DNA of 50,145 bases from the NCBI GenBank assembly GCA_050506795.1, contig JBJHCF010000041.1, positions 1 to 50,145 of the forward strand. The letters are read 5' to 3'. The DNA comes from Opitutia bacterium (lineage in GTDB: Bacteria > Verrucomicrobiota > Verrucomicrobiia > Opitutales > T3Sed10-336). The position numbers and the translations under genes are program-made. The notes beneath the pieces are model-generated. The model searched no databases and was not told the DNA's origin. It saw only the letters and a list, made by a program, of their open reading frames with translations. Numbering within the stretch: the first letter of the stretch is position 1; each line of letters begins with the position of its first letter. Shown piece by piece: positions 1 to 9,766 of this stretch.

Positions 1-189
1 CACCCGGGTCATGCAGTGGTACACCCCGCTCACCTCCCCCAAAACCTTCAGTCGCCTCCGATTCAATCTCATGCCAACACCCAATCCCACCAAACCGAAG
101 CCGTCAACCTATATTTTGCCTGGCAAAATTTTTTGTGAAGGCGACGCCATTGACGGCGCGCGGGGAAATGGTTTGGCTGGCGGCTTCAC

Positions 190-1953
190 GTGAAAGACTT
201 TTATCCGTACTTTAAGTATTTAAAACCGGTGGCCTGGACTTTTCTCCTGGCACTAATCTGCGGCCTGATTTTCGGGGTTTCCAGCGGTTTCGGAATCCCG
301 TTTATCACCAAACAGGTATTTCCGCGCATCTTTCCTCAGGAAAGCGACGCAGGACTCGAATCCGGGGCGATGGAGGATCCATCTCTCCTCTTATTAGCCG
401 CCGCCGCCGCATTTATTCCTCTGGCCTTTGCGGTTCGAGGCCTTTCAGGTTTCCTCAACACCTACTTGATCAACGTCTGCGGAATCCGGGTCCTGGAAGA
501 CATTCGCGCCGATATTTTCGCCAAGTACCAAGCGCTGCCCCTCGGATTTTTCCACAAGCAATCCAGCGGGGATCTGGTGTCACGCTGCCTGGCCGACACC
601 AACGCGGTACAACATACCTTAACCACGGTGGCCAACGACCTGGTCAAACAGCCACTGACTTTGCTCGGTGCGGTGGGCTTCCTTGCCTATGCTTCGATAC
701 AAGACAAGCAGGTGTTTTTTCTCCTCGTTTGCATGGGGGTGGTACCACTCTGTATCGTGCCGATTCAAATCTTCGGCAAAAAGATGCTCCGACGCTCCCG
801 CCAGACCCAGAAACAGCTCGGAAGCATGACCGGGTTCGTGAGCGAGAACCTCCGATCCGCCCGGGAGATTCGCGCCTTTAATCTGGAAGAGAGCCAAAAG
901 ACATACTTCAGCAAGCAGATCAGAAAACTCCTGGTTTTCCAGTTGAAGGTGGTCAAATACAAGAAAGGTCTGCCTCCCGTGGTGGAGGTTATCGCTTCGT
1001 TCGGTCTGGCCTTCGCATTTCTGTATGCCTACAACGCCGGTCTGGCTTTTGAGACATTCCTTCCCCTCTTTATCGCCCTCTACATGAGCTACGATCCGAT
1101 CAAGAAATTGGGAATGATGCAGAACCAACTGCAAAAAGGGCGTGGCGCTCTGGATCGCCTTGACGAAATCATGCGCGAGCCGGTCACCATCCGAGATCCG
1201 GAACAACCTCATCCGATCGGCCGCCTGGCGGGCGATATCGTCTTCGATCGGGTTTCCTTTGCCTACGATGAACAAGGGGCCGTTCTCAGGGAAATCAGTA
1301 CCCGCCTTCAATCCAGCAAAGTCTACGCCCTGGTCGGCCCCAGCGGGGCCGGCAAGAGCACGTTCGCCAACATTATCCCCCGGTTCTTCGATCCCACCGA
1401 AGGCTCAGTCCGCATCGACGGTGTCGATATCCGGCAAATGCGGTTGCGCGATCTACGCAATAATATCGCACTGGTATCCCAAGAGCCCGTGCTTTTCGAC
1501 GACACCATCTTCAATAATATTTTGCTGGGCCGACCGGACGCAACGCGCGACGAGGTCATTGAAGCAGCGGAAAGCGCCTACGCACGCGAATTCGTCGAGG
1601 CGTTCGATCAGGGTTTCGAAACTCCGGTTCACGAAAGCGGCACCCGGTTATCAGGAGGCCAGAGACAGAGGATAGCGCTGGCCCGGGCGTTTCTCAAGGA
1701 CGCCCCCATCCTGATTCTGGACGAAGCCACCTCGGCTTTGGACTCCGAAAGTGAAGAAAAGATCAAGGACGCCCTCCGCAGACTGATTCGCGGACGTACC
1801 GTCCTTATGATCGCGCACCGCTTCAGCACTCTCAGCCTGGTGGATACCATCCTCTTTTTCGAATTAGGTCGGATCACTGCCGAAGGTTCCCATGAGGATC
1901 TTTACGAGAATTGCCCGGCCTACCGAAACCTCTACGAAAGACAAAACGTCTAG
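190..1953 (+). CDS. MsbA-like ABC exporter (fused permease/ATPase; probable lipid A/glycolipid flippase)
   Basis: 587 aa; N-terminal TM domain, Walker A GPSGAGKS, signature LSGGQRQR, Walker B ILILDEATSALD; sits next to glycosyl-/sulfotransferases. Confidence 0.85.
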   Translation: MKDFYPYFKYLKPVAWTFLLALICGLIFGVSSGFGIPFITKQVFPRIFPQESDAGLESGAMEDPSLLLLAAAAAFIPLAFAVRGLSGFLNTYLINVCGIRVLEDIRADIFAKYQALPLGFFHKQSSGDLVSRCLADTNAVQHTLTTVANDLVKQPLTLLGAVGFLAYASIQDKQVFFLLVCMGVVPLCIVPIQIFGKKMLRRSRQTQKQLGSMTGFVSENLRSAREIRAFNLEESQKTYFSKQIRKLLVFQLKVVKYKKGLPPVVEVIASFGLAFAFLYAYNAGLAFETFLPLFIALYMSYDPIKKLGMMQNQLQKGRGALDRLDEIMREPVTIRDPEQPHPIGRLAGDIVFDRVSFAYDEQGAVLREISTRLQSSKVYALVGPSGAGKSTFANIIPRFFDPTEGSVRIDGVDIRQMRLRDLRNNIALVSQEPVLFDDTIFNNILLGRPDATRDEVIEAAESAYAREFVEAFDQGFETPVHESGTRLSGGQRQRIALARAFLKDAPILILDEATSALDSESEEKIKDALRRLIRGRTVLMIAHRFSTLSLVDTILFFELGRITAEGSHEDLYENCPAYRNLYERQNV

Positions 1954-2006
1954 GCGATGAAGGAATAATCCGATTCCGCCTCACCCTCTCGAACACGAAT
2001 CGCACC

Positions 2007-2834
2007 ATGTCACGCCTGAAAGAATTCATCCGCCGCACCACCGCGACCCTCCGCTCTCTGCCGGATTACCTGATCTTGGGGACACAGAAAGGCGGCACCA
2101 CCTCGGTTTACGAGTACCTGAATCGTCACCCGCAAATTGTTCCCAATCAGAAACGGGAAGTCCACTTCTTCGACCTCGCCTGGCAGAAGGACCTGCAGGA
2201 ATATCGACGATATTTCCCACTCCGCCGCCAGATGCGGATTCGGGCCGAAACCCTGGGGAAACCGGCACTGACCGGTGAATCGAGCCCTTATTACCTCTTC
2301 CACCCCCATTGTCCGCGGCGAATATACGACACATTGCCGGAGGCGAAATTGATCGTTGTTTTGCGCGATCCGGTGGACCGAGCGTATTCGCATTTCACCC
2401 ACAATCGACGTAAAGGCCGCGAACGCCGTTCGTTCGCCGAAGCGGTGCGCGAGGAGATGGAAACCCTTCCCGCCGAAATCCAGCGGATAAAGGAAAGCCC
2501 GGATACGTCAAGCGACCTGCACCGCCAGTTTTCCTACGTGCACCGCGGATTCTACTCGGAACAGGTACGGCGATACCTCGACCTCTTTCCCCGCGAAGCC
2601 CTACACGCCGTGCGCAGCGAAGACCTGTTCCGAAAACCCCGGGAAACTATGGACGCGGTCTGCGCATTTCTCGGTATCGAACCCATGCCCGAGACCATTG
2701 AATTCACCGCGTACAACCGGCAGGCCTATGCGGAAGAGGCCGAACCCGAAACCCGCGCCTACCTGCGGGAACTCTACGCCCCGCACAACAAGGACCTGGA
2801 ACAACTCCTCCAACGCCCTTTCAACTGGCAATGA
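2007..2834 (+). CDS. PAPS-dependent sulfotransferase (Sulfotransfer_1, heparan-sulfate sulfotransferase-like)
   Basis: 5'-PSB motif ILGTQKGGTTS, REVHFFD, GESSPYY, 3'-PB LRDPVDRAYS; start set at ATG 2007 because the longer ORF overlaps the ABC gene. Confidence 0.88.
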   Translation: MSRLKEFIRRTTATLRSLPDYLILGTQKGGTTSVYEYLNRHPQIVPNQKREVHFFDLAWQKDLQEYRRYFPLRRQMRIRAETLGKPALTGESSPYYLFHPHCPRRIYDTLPEAKLIVVLRDPVDRAYSHFTHNRRKGRERRSFAEAVREEMETLPAEIQRIKESPDTSSDLHRQFSYVHRGFYSEQVRRYLDLFPREALHAVRSEDLFRKPRETMDAVCAFLGIEPMPETIEFTAYNRQAYAEEAEPETRAYLRELYAPHNKDLEQLLQRPFNWQ

Positions 2835-3583
2835 TACTCAGCCACAAGAATCGATTCATCTTCCTCCACTGTCCCAAGGTCGCCGGAAGCGCCATCACCG
2901 CCTACCTGTCTCGATTCTTGGGGCCGAACGACATTCGTATCGGCTCCACCCGCGAATCCCGAGCCCACGGCGGCCAATTGAATCGACGATTCTATCTTGA
3001 TTTGCTCAATCGACGCTCGCTCGCTTTTATTGCGAAAGAACTGCTGCGCCATCCGAAGAAGCTACCGATCTTCATCAACGAGGCGCACAAATTGGCCTAC
3101 GCCAGTCACTTCCCCCACAGCCCGGCCCACGCCACCGCGCGGGAGGTGCGCGACTTCGACCCGGACGCCTGGGGCAGCTATTTTAAATTCTGTTTTGTGA
3201 GAAACCCCTACGAACGGCTCGTTTCCTACTACATTTGGCGGGTCACATCCAGGGGGATAGACAACGTGACCTACATCGATTTCCTCAAGCGAATCGAAGC
3301 CGGGAACTTCTCCGATGACATCGTAAACCGCGAATACGACGCCTGGAGCATCTACACCATTTCCGACGAGGTATGCGTTGATTTCGTCGGACGATACGAA
3401 AACTTCCTAGACGATTTCAAGGCGGTCTGCCAACGTGTCAACCTTCCCTTCGATGGCAGCCTTCCCACCGCCAAACGCCGCCATAAAGCCTACGACTATC
3501 GCGATTGGTATGGCGAGGAGGAAAAGCGGCTTGTGGGGCGCTTGTTTCAGAAAGAAATCGAATATTTCAAATATCGCTTCTAA
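2831..3583 (+). CDS. Sulfotransferase family 2 (Sulfotransfer_2/HNK-1-like)
   Basis: FLHCPKVAGSAI and FVRNPYERLVSYY motifs, DFVGRYEN; ATGA overlap with the upstream gene. Confidence 0.85.
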   Translation: MILSHKNRFIFLHCPKVAGSAITAYLSRFLGPNDIRIGSTRESRAHGGQLNRRFYLDLLNRRSLAFIAKELLRHPKKLPIFINEAHKLAYASHFPHSPAHATAREVRDFDPDAWGSYFKFCFVRNPYERLVSYYIWRVTSRGIDNVTYIDFLKRIEAGNFSDDIVNREYDAWSIYTISDEVCVDFVGRYENFLDDFKAVCQRVNLPFDGSLPTAKRRHKAYDYRDWYGEEEKRLVGRLFQKEIEYFKYRF

Positions 3584-3600
3584 AGCCGCACCTATTCCAA

Positions 3601-4839
3601 GTGGTAAACAATTTTCGGCCCGAAACGTTCACCGAAGGGCATTGCCAAATCAGGGAGTTTTTTATTACCGACCAAACCGTAATTCTCGCCTACTGCGCGA
3701 CCTTCCTGAAACCGGAGATGCATCATGTCTACCGTCAAGCCACCGGTGTGCGGCAGTTCGCCACCCATGTCGTAGCCCGGCGCCGAAAGAGTTCCGAAGC
3801 GTTTCCATTTCAACCCGTCACCCTCCTCCGTAAATCAAAAATTCGCTTCTTCCGGAAGTTCTGGCACGAAACACTGTTCCGACACCCTGCCGCCCTCTCC
3901 AAGTTTGAGGCCAAACAGCTTCTTTCCTTACGGAGGACGATCGGAGCCAAGTTGGTGCACGTTTACTTCGGCACCGAAGCCCTCAAGGCTCTCCCTTACC
4001 TGACTCGCGAAACCTGCGCCAAGATCGTCTCCTTCCACGGAGCCGACCTTTCTCCTACCGTAACCGATCCGAAATTCTCCACTCTTATCGATTCAGTGGA
4101 CCTCGTTCTCTGTCGCAGCCGTTCTCTGGCCGAGGACCTGTTAGAGGGCGGTTGTCCGCATGAAAAAATCCACCTCAATCCGACAGGCATACCGACACCT
4201 GACGTCCAACCCAGAAGCTTGCCTCCAGGTTGTGGAACGACGATTCCCCTGGAACTGCTGCAAGCCTCAAGATTGATCGAAAAGAAGGGTCTCGACTTAT
4301 CGATCGAGGCTTTGGCGAAGCTCAGACACTCCGGCATAAACGTCCGTTTGACTTTGGCAGGCGATGGACCTTTGCGAGAGTCCCTGACAAAACTGGCGCG
4401 AAGTCTTGGAGTTGCAGACGCCGTCGTCTTCCCCGGATTCCTCCAAGCCGAGGACCTTGAAATCCACTATCGAAGTTGCCACCTGTTTCTTCATCCCAGC
4501 CGCACCACCGACACCGGCGACAGGGAGGGGATTCCGAATTCGATGCTGGAAGCCATGTCGTACGGCCTGCCGCCTATCACCACTCGACATGGTGGTATAC
4601 CCGAAGCGGTCGATCACGAAGTGGAAGGCATTCTCCTGGACAACGAACGCCCTGAAACGATCGCTGCCACCATCGAGCGAATCGTGTCGCATCCAGATCA
4701 ATATGACGCAATGTCCCGTGCCAGCCAAACTCGGATTGCCGCATCATTTTCCACACGGAAATCGATCGACAAATTGGAATCCGCTTACCGGGAGGCCATG
4801 AAGAGAGCGTCTCAACGCCGAGGGAGCGAAGCGATTTAA
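3601..4839 (+). CDS. GT4 glycosyltransferase (WcaL-like)
   Basis: HVYFG, SFHGAD, RLIEKKG, EGIPNSMLEAM, TRHGGIPEAV. Start uncertain (GTG 3601 used; homology to the paralog begins near 3664). Confidence 0.82.
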   Translation: MVNNFRPETFTEGHCQIREFFITDQTVILAYCATFLKPEMHHVYRQATGVRQFATHVVARRRKSSEAFPFQPVTLLRKSKIRFFRKFWHETLFRHPAALSKFEAKQLLSLRRTIGAKLVHVYFGTEALKALPYLTRETCAKIVSFHGADLSPTVTDPKFSTLIDSVDLVLCRSRSLAEDLLEGGCPHEKIHLNPTGIPTPDVQPRSLPPGCGTTIPLELLQASRLIEKKGLDLSIEALAKLRHSGINVRLTLAGDGPLRESLTKLARSLGVADAVVFPGFLQAEDLEIHYRSCHLFLHPSRTTDTGDREGIPNSMLEAMSYGLPPITTRHGGIPEAVDHEVEGILLDNERPETIAATIERIVSHPDQYDAMSRASQTRIAASFSTRKSIDKLESAYREAMKRASQRRGSEAI

Positions 4840-4852
4840 GAAACAACGGAAG

Positions 4853-5701
4853 TCAGGGGTCAATAGCACCCCGCAACAGACGCGCAGTTCCCACCCTGGA
4901 GACTGGATAGGAATACGTGCGCAATTCGGAGCGCAGCAGCGCGCTCGCTCCCACCCATTGGAAAACCGTCAATCGATCAAGGAATTTTTGGTCCAAACGG
5001 AGTTCGTTGCCGGTAGTTTTTGCCATGTGGTTCCCTGCGATATGATGATTACCACGATTCCATAGCTTCAACTGATCCGGCTCAAAGCCGAGACCGGCTT
5101 TTTCCATAAATGACGCGAGCGTGGTTTCAGGATTCAGCACCAAGTCCTCATAACGTATACATTGATACTGGCTTGCGGTTAGACCCGCATCGAAAAGCAT
5201 ATCCTTTTCCTTGAAATTGCGCTTACGCCAGCGGGACAAGTAGCCCCAGTAGGACCGCCCTTTGCGCAAGTTACTGCAGGCCACGGCACGAGGATCACGC
5301 ACCAGGTGGAGCACTATGGGGTAAAAACGCCCGGAATTCAGGTACGCGATCAGGCGACGCTTGCTTTTCGAACTGTCGCAAAAGAAATCCTTACCCGACA
5401 CATCCAAAACAGCCTTGATAAAATCACCATTCGCCCGGTCAAAGACGGCCCGATTTTCATCATTCAAGTCTGGAAACGGTCCGGTGGTTTCCAACCCGAG
5501 CCGCCTGTGAACCGATCGCCAGTAATCGCATTCGGTCACCGATTTTCCACAATTGCACGGCCGCCCCGACTCAATCGAACGTCCGTAGGCCTTCATCTCG
5601 CCGACACACTCCACCCGGGAATGCGCGCCCAGCAAAAGACTCGTCAGAGTACTGCCGGTGTGCCCGCTGCCAAAAACATAAATGACTTTGATCTTCTCCA
5701 T
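4853..5701 (-). CDS. Sulfotransferase (Sulfotransfer_3-like)
   Basis: GSGHTGSTL PAPS loop, DSSK, LVRDPRAVACS, IRYEDLV. Confidence 0.82.
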   Translation of the reverse strand: MEKIKVIYVFGSGHTGSTLTSLLLGAHSRVECVGEMKAYGRSIESGRPCNCGKSVTECDYWRSVHRRLGLETTGPFPDLNDENRAVFDRANGDFIKAVLDVSGKDFFCDSSKSKRRLIAYLNSGRFYPIVLHLVRDPRAVACSNLRKGRSYWGYLSRWRKRNFKEKDMLFDAGLTASQYQCIRYEDLVLNPETTLASFMEKAGLGFEPDQLKLWNRGNHHIAGNHMAKTTGNELRLDQKFLDRLTVFQWVGASALLRSELRTYSYPVSRVGTARLLRGAIDP

Positions 5702-5727
5702 GACAACCTCTTCACGCTCGACGAATA

Positions 5728-6729
5728 CTAAATGCTCCGTAACCGGTAATCGTCGATCACCCCTTGGATCTCGCGTCGGTAAAATGCCTCCGTAAAATGC
5801 CGCAGGCCGGAGAGTTTAGCCAAACCAGAGCGCCAGCGCTTTGCGTCCGCCTTCCGCCGAAACTTTTGCAGGTCCTCAATCAGACGCAGCAAGATAAAAA
5901 CCCCCATCAACGTCGACTCCACCTCTCCCCCGGCTTCCCGATATCCATCCAGAAACGCTCCTTCGTAGGAAGCGATTCTTTTACGCCTGCCCGGCCCCGG
6001 CCACCCGCTGGCGATCTTGCGCAATTCCACCACAAAACGCGCCAAATCCCGCAGAAGAATTTCTTCTTCAAGCCTGCCAGGGTCGAGGAACCAGACCCGT
6101 CGATCAGGGCGAGATACCATGACATCGGTCAAACTGAAACCAGACATGACCAACCCCGCCGGCAGGTTGCGATCGCCAAGAAACCCGGCGATCCTGGAGT
6201 TCCAACTTCGGAGGCCGCCATCTCTGGCCGAAACATGACCGATTCCCGGCACTCGGTAAGCCTGCGGTGTTGCCCGATTTCGTTCATGCAAAAAATGAAA
6301 CGCGGAACCAACGCGTTGAAGCACCTCGCCATTAAAACGAATTGCTCCCTCGCTAGTGCGCGGCAGTGAACCGGTGTAGAAATCCTCGCCTTGAATCCGT
6401 TTTATGACCACTCCGGGCAGATTTTCGATAAATGCCACCGGCTCGACAAAATCAACCGGACAATCCCCGTCTGCAAACTGGTTGAACAAAACGTTGAGCG
6501 ATTCCCATTCGATCCGCGCCTTGGATTGGTATTTTTCTTTCGGCTGAATCTCGCGGATATCGCGCACCCGCATTCGGGACTTTTTGGGCAGCTTTAGGAC
6601 AAATTCACCGCGCTGACATTTAAAAAAATAGATCAGGGAGAGCTTCCGGTACTGAAACCCCACAATGTCAGGTTTGTCCGCAAGATCGAGTGCCGATTGG
6701 AGGTGTGCCTGTATGATATCGAAATTCAT
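5728..6729 (-). CDS. Protein-kinase-fold (phosphotransferase-like) protein with an atypical catalytic loop
   Basis: FVLKLP (beta3 Lys), ARIEWESL (alphaC Glu), WFLDPG (DFG-like), RDLARF; no canonical HGD motif. Confidence 0.55.
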   Translation of the reverse strand: MNFDIIQAHLQSALDLADKPDIVGFQYRKLSLIYFFKCQRGEFVLKLPKKSRMRVRDIREIQPKEKYQSKARIEWESLNVLFNQFADGDCPVDFVEPVAFIENLPGVVIKRIQGEDFYTGSLPRTSEGAIRFNGEVLQRVGSAFHFLHERNRATPQAYRVPGIGHVSARDGGLRSWNSRIAGFLGDRNLPAGLVMSGFSLTDVMVSRPDRRVWFLDPGRLEEEILLRDLARFVVELRKIASGWPGPGRRKRIASYEGAFLDGYREAGGEVESTLMGVFILLRLIEDLQKFRRKADAKRWRSGLAKLSGLRHFTEAFYRREIQGVIDDYRLRSI

Positions 6730-7044
6730 CTACTCACGCCGGTCGACAGAATCCCGGTTTATTAACCTCGCAAGGCATACACCTCAATTGAGAGGTTGGT
6801 TACCCCGAGATCCCGGTAAAGTCCGGTCAAACAACGGCTTCTTCAGGGTTACCCTATTCCAATTCACGGTAAAGGCGAAAATCGGTGCAAACAGCCCCGA
6901 CCCCATGACCGACCATTGGACGAACCGCGGTTTCGAATTGACGTTTCACTTGCATATTCACAGCTTCACCAGTCGGGCGCCCACGGCCAATCAGGACCAT
7001 TTCCACCGGAAAGCCTACGGGCACCACCACTCTTTTCCCGCCAT

Positions 7045-7635
7045 ATGAATTTTCGACTCAATCTGACCAGACTCCTCCTCGTACCCGTGGCTGTGCTCAT
7101 CCTGGTGTCGCATCATATCTATCGGGAAGATTCATTGTGGGACAACCTACTCAGCGCCATGGGGGTCTTCCTTTTGGTCGTCGCCGCCGGGGGACGTATC
7201 TGGGCCAGCACCTACCTCGCGGGCAACAAGAAGAAACGCCTGATCGTCGAGGGACCCTATTCAATCGTTCGCAATCCCCTTTATCTCTTCAGTTTAATTG
7301 GATTTGCCGGCGCTGGACTGGCGTTCGAATCACTCACTCTCGCGCTCCTCTTCTGCCTGATCTTCGCCGTGACGCACACCCCGGCCATGGCGAAGGAGGA
7401 ACGCGCATTGAGTAAGTTATTCCCCGGAGAGTACAAACGCTATCGCCAGGAAGTGCCCTCGTTTATTCCCAAATTTCGACGAGTCCGCACCTCCGAAACC
7501 ATCTCGGTAAATATGGCCCCGTTTGCCACCGCATTGCGTGACTGCATGGCCATACCATTGATTCTAATCGTGGCCATCTTCCTGGAATGGGCCAAAATAA
7601 ACGGTTTCTTGCCGGTCCTGATACATATCTTTTGA
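7045..7635 (+). CDS. ICMT/PEMT-family membrane methyltransferase
   Basis: Hydrophobic protein with LIVEGPYSIVRNPLY and EERAL...YKRYRQEVPSFIP; ATG at 7045. Confidence 0.85.
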   Translation: MNFRLNLTRLLLVPVAVLILVSHHIYREDSLWDNLLSAMGVFLLVVAAGGRIWASTYLAGNKKKRLIVEGPYSIVRNPLYLFSLIGFAGAGLAFESLTLALLFCLIFAVTHTPAMAKEERALSKLFPGEYKRYRQEVPSFIPKFRRVRTSETISVNMAPFATALRDCMAIPLILIVAIFLEWAKINGFLPVLIHIF

Positions 7636-7736
7636 GTGGATCAACGCCACGTGGCCGGGAGTCGACGATCGACTCACCGTTTCCCGATCGCATTTCCTTC
7701 AACCTCTTGGCTGACTCGTCGTTTTCCCGCATAGCA

Positions 7737-8825
7737 ATGACTGACAAGGACATGACGGAACCGGAAACCCGGCGCCCCCCCTCACCTCGGCTCTTGCAGA
7801 TGATGCTCTCCAAGAGTCCCGGCGGGGGCGACCGGTTCTTCGAAAAACTGAGCGGCGCCTTTGCCGGGGCCGGGGTGCCGCAACTCCTGGTGATCGAACC
7901 AAACCCGGAACGGGAGAAGCTTCTCTCCACCTACCCCGGTGCTCGCGTGGAAACGCTGCGCTTCGGCGGACTGCGCGAACTGCCGGCCCGTGTCCGCCTT
8001 CGCCGATTGATCCGTGAGTTCCGTCCGGAGGTGGCGCTTTCGTGGATGAGCCGGGCGTCCCGCCGCATGCCGCCGGGCCCGTTTGTGAAAGTCGCCCGGC
8101 TGGGCGACTACTACCCGTTAAAACACTACCGTAGGTGCGATCAACTGATAGCGAACACGCCGGACATCCTCGATTATATGCGGCGCGAAGGATGGCCGGA
8201 AGATCGGTGCCGGTTAATCGGCAACTTTTGCGACGCCCCGAACTTCGCGTCCCGCAACACGGTACGTCAAGAGGTTCGCCGGGAAACCGGCGTGCCCGCG
8301 GACGCCACCGTCCTCCTGGCCCTGGGCCGCCTGCACCCCAAAAAAGCGCATGACGTCCTGTTCCGCGCCATGGTCTCCGTCCCGGGAACCTATCTACTGC
8401 TGGCCGGGGAGGGACCGATCCGCGGGGAACTGGACAACCTGGCGGCCGACCTCGGATTGAACGACCGCATACGCTTTCTCGGCTGGCGGCGCGATGCGGA
8501 AAGACTCTTTGCCGCGGCCGATATCTGCGTGATGCCTTCCCGTTTCGAACCGCTTGGAAACGTGATCCTGGAAGCCTGGGCCAACCGCACCCCGGTGATC
8601 GCCGCGCGCGCCACCGGGCCTGAATGGCTGGTGGAGGATAACAAATCCGGTCTGCTCTTTCCGATCGACAACGCGGAGGCTCTCGCCTCCGCCCTGCAAC
8701 GCCTCATAGGTGACCCGGCTTTGGCTGAAGCCCTGGTTGGCAACGGATGGCAACGGTTCCAGCAAGACTTCTCACAGGGTGCGGTGGTGGACCGGTATCT
8801 GCATTTCTTCCAGGAGGCGCGATGA
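7737..8825 (+). CDS. GT4 glycosyltransferase
   Basis: GGGDRFF, LGRLHPKKAHD, PSRFEPLGNVILEAW; start 7737 or 7752. Confidence 0.88.
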   Translation: MTDKDMTEPETRRPPSPRLLQMMLSKSPGGGDRFFEKLSGAFAGAGVPQLLVIEPNPEREKLLSTYPGARVETLRFGGLRELPARVRLRRLIREFRPEVALSWMSRASRRMPPGPFVKVARLGDYYPLKHYRRCDQLIANTPDILDYMRREGWPEDRCRLIGNFCDAPNFASRNTVRQEVRRETGVPADATVLLALGRLHPKKAHDVLFRAMVSVPGTYLLLAGEGPIRGELDNLAADLGLNDRIRFLGWRRDAERLFAAADICVMPSRFEPLGNVILEAWANRTPVIAARATGPEWLVEDNKSGLLFPIDNAEALASALQRLIGDPALAEALVGNGWQRFQQDFSQGAVVDRYLHFFQEAR

Positions 8826-9646
8826 GATCCCCGCGACACTGGCTGAAAAAAATCTACGGCGAATGGCGGATCGAATCACGTCGCCGGGAGCTGGAACAGG
8901 AGATGACCGAAGCCCTCGAAAAACCCATTCGCCTGACCCTTTTCGGCGATGGCGGCAACGACTCGATTTACCTCGCTTCGAGCGGAAGCGACAGGTTGGC
9001 GGTCGTCCGCCTGTACAACCCCTTCAAAAAGAATTTCCTGCAGCGAAAACCGAAACGCCGGAAACCGGCCGGCGGCGGCGATCCCCTGAAGGCCGTCAAC
9101 CGGGAATGGGAGGCCTATCAGGCCCTGGCCGAGTCCGGGGTCACCCCGCGTCCGCTGTGGCGGACGCACGACGCCACAGCGGTATCCCACATCCCAGGCG
9201 TTCGACTCAACCGCTTCCTCAGCAACCATTCCGCAGGGGACTGGGAAACCCCGGTCGTCGACACCTTCAAAGCCCTGGCGCGGATACACGAACTGGGTCG
9301 GGCTCACCACGACGCCAAGGTGTCCAACGGTCTTATCGACCTGGATACCGGGAAGATTTTCCTGATCGACCTCGATCGTCTGACCCACAAAACCACCTCA
9401 CTGGAGACCCGTCAGGCCGCCGATTATCTCAAGCTTCTGGCCAGTTTCCTCCAGATCGCCCCACCGGAACTGCGGGAAAACGGTTCGTTCTGGCGACGTG
9501 CGATGGCACCATTGGTGACGCCGGAAATGCGAAAAATCGATGTGCGCCCCCTGTTGACCGACCCCACGGTTCGGCACCTGGCCCGCAATAAGAAAGTGCG
9601 GCACAGTCTGGAAGACTTGTTCTGGGGTATTAGCTACGATCATTAA
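8822..9646 (+). CDS. LPS/sugar kinase-like protein (Kdo/WaaP or choline-kinase-like fold)
   Basis: GDGGNDSIY loop, REWEAYQAL, HHDAKVSN catalytic loop, IFLIDLD; ATGA overlap with the GT gene. Confidence 0.7.
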   Translation: MRSPRHWLKKIYGEWRIESRRRELEQEMTEALEKPIRLTLFGDGGNDSIYLASSGSDRLAVVRLYNPFKKNFLQRKPKRRKPAGGGDPLKAVNREWEAYQALAESGVTPRPLWRTHDATAVSHIPGVRLNRFLSNHSAGDWETPVVDTFKALARIHELGRAHHDAKVSNGLIDLDTGKIFLIDLDRLTHKTTSLETRQAADYLKLLASFLQIAPPELRENGSFWRRAMAPLVTPEMRKIDVRPLLTDPTVRHLARNKKVRHSLEDLFWGISYDH

Positions 9647-9766
9647 AGTATTCTGCGGAACGAAGCGGCGTTGCCACCGCATGGTTGCCCGATTCGGTTT
9701 GGCTCACGCGAAGACCCTGAGAGCGTGAGATTCATTAGCCCCTCGGCCACCGACCGATTGACGACC

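Noticed and set aside
182..197. parS-like 16-mer GGCTTCACGTGAAAGA (13/16 match)
   Set aside because: Single imperfect copy overlapping a start codon, with mismatches that break the palindrome; probably chance
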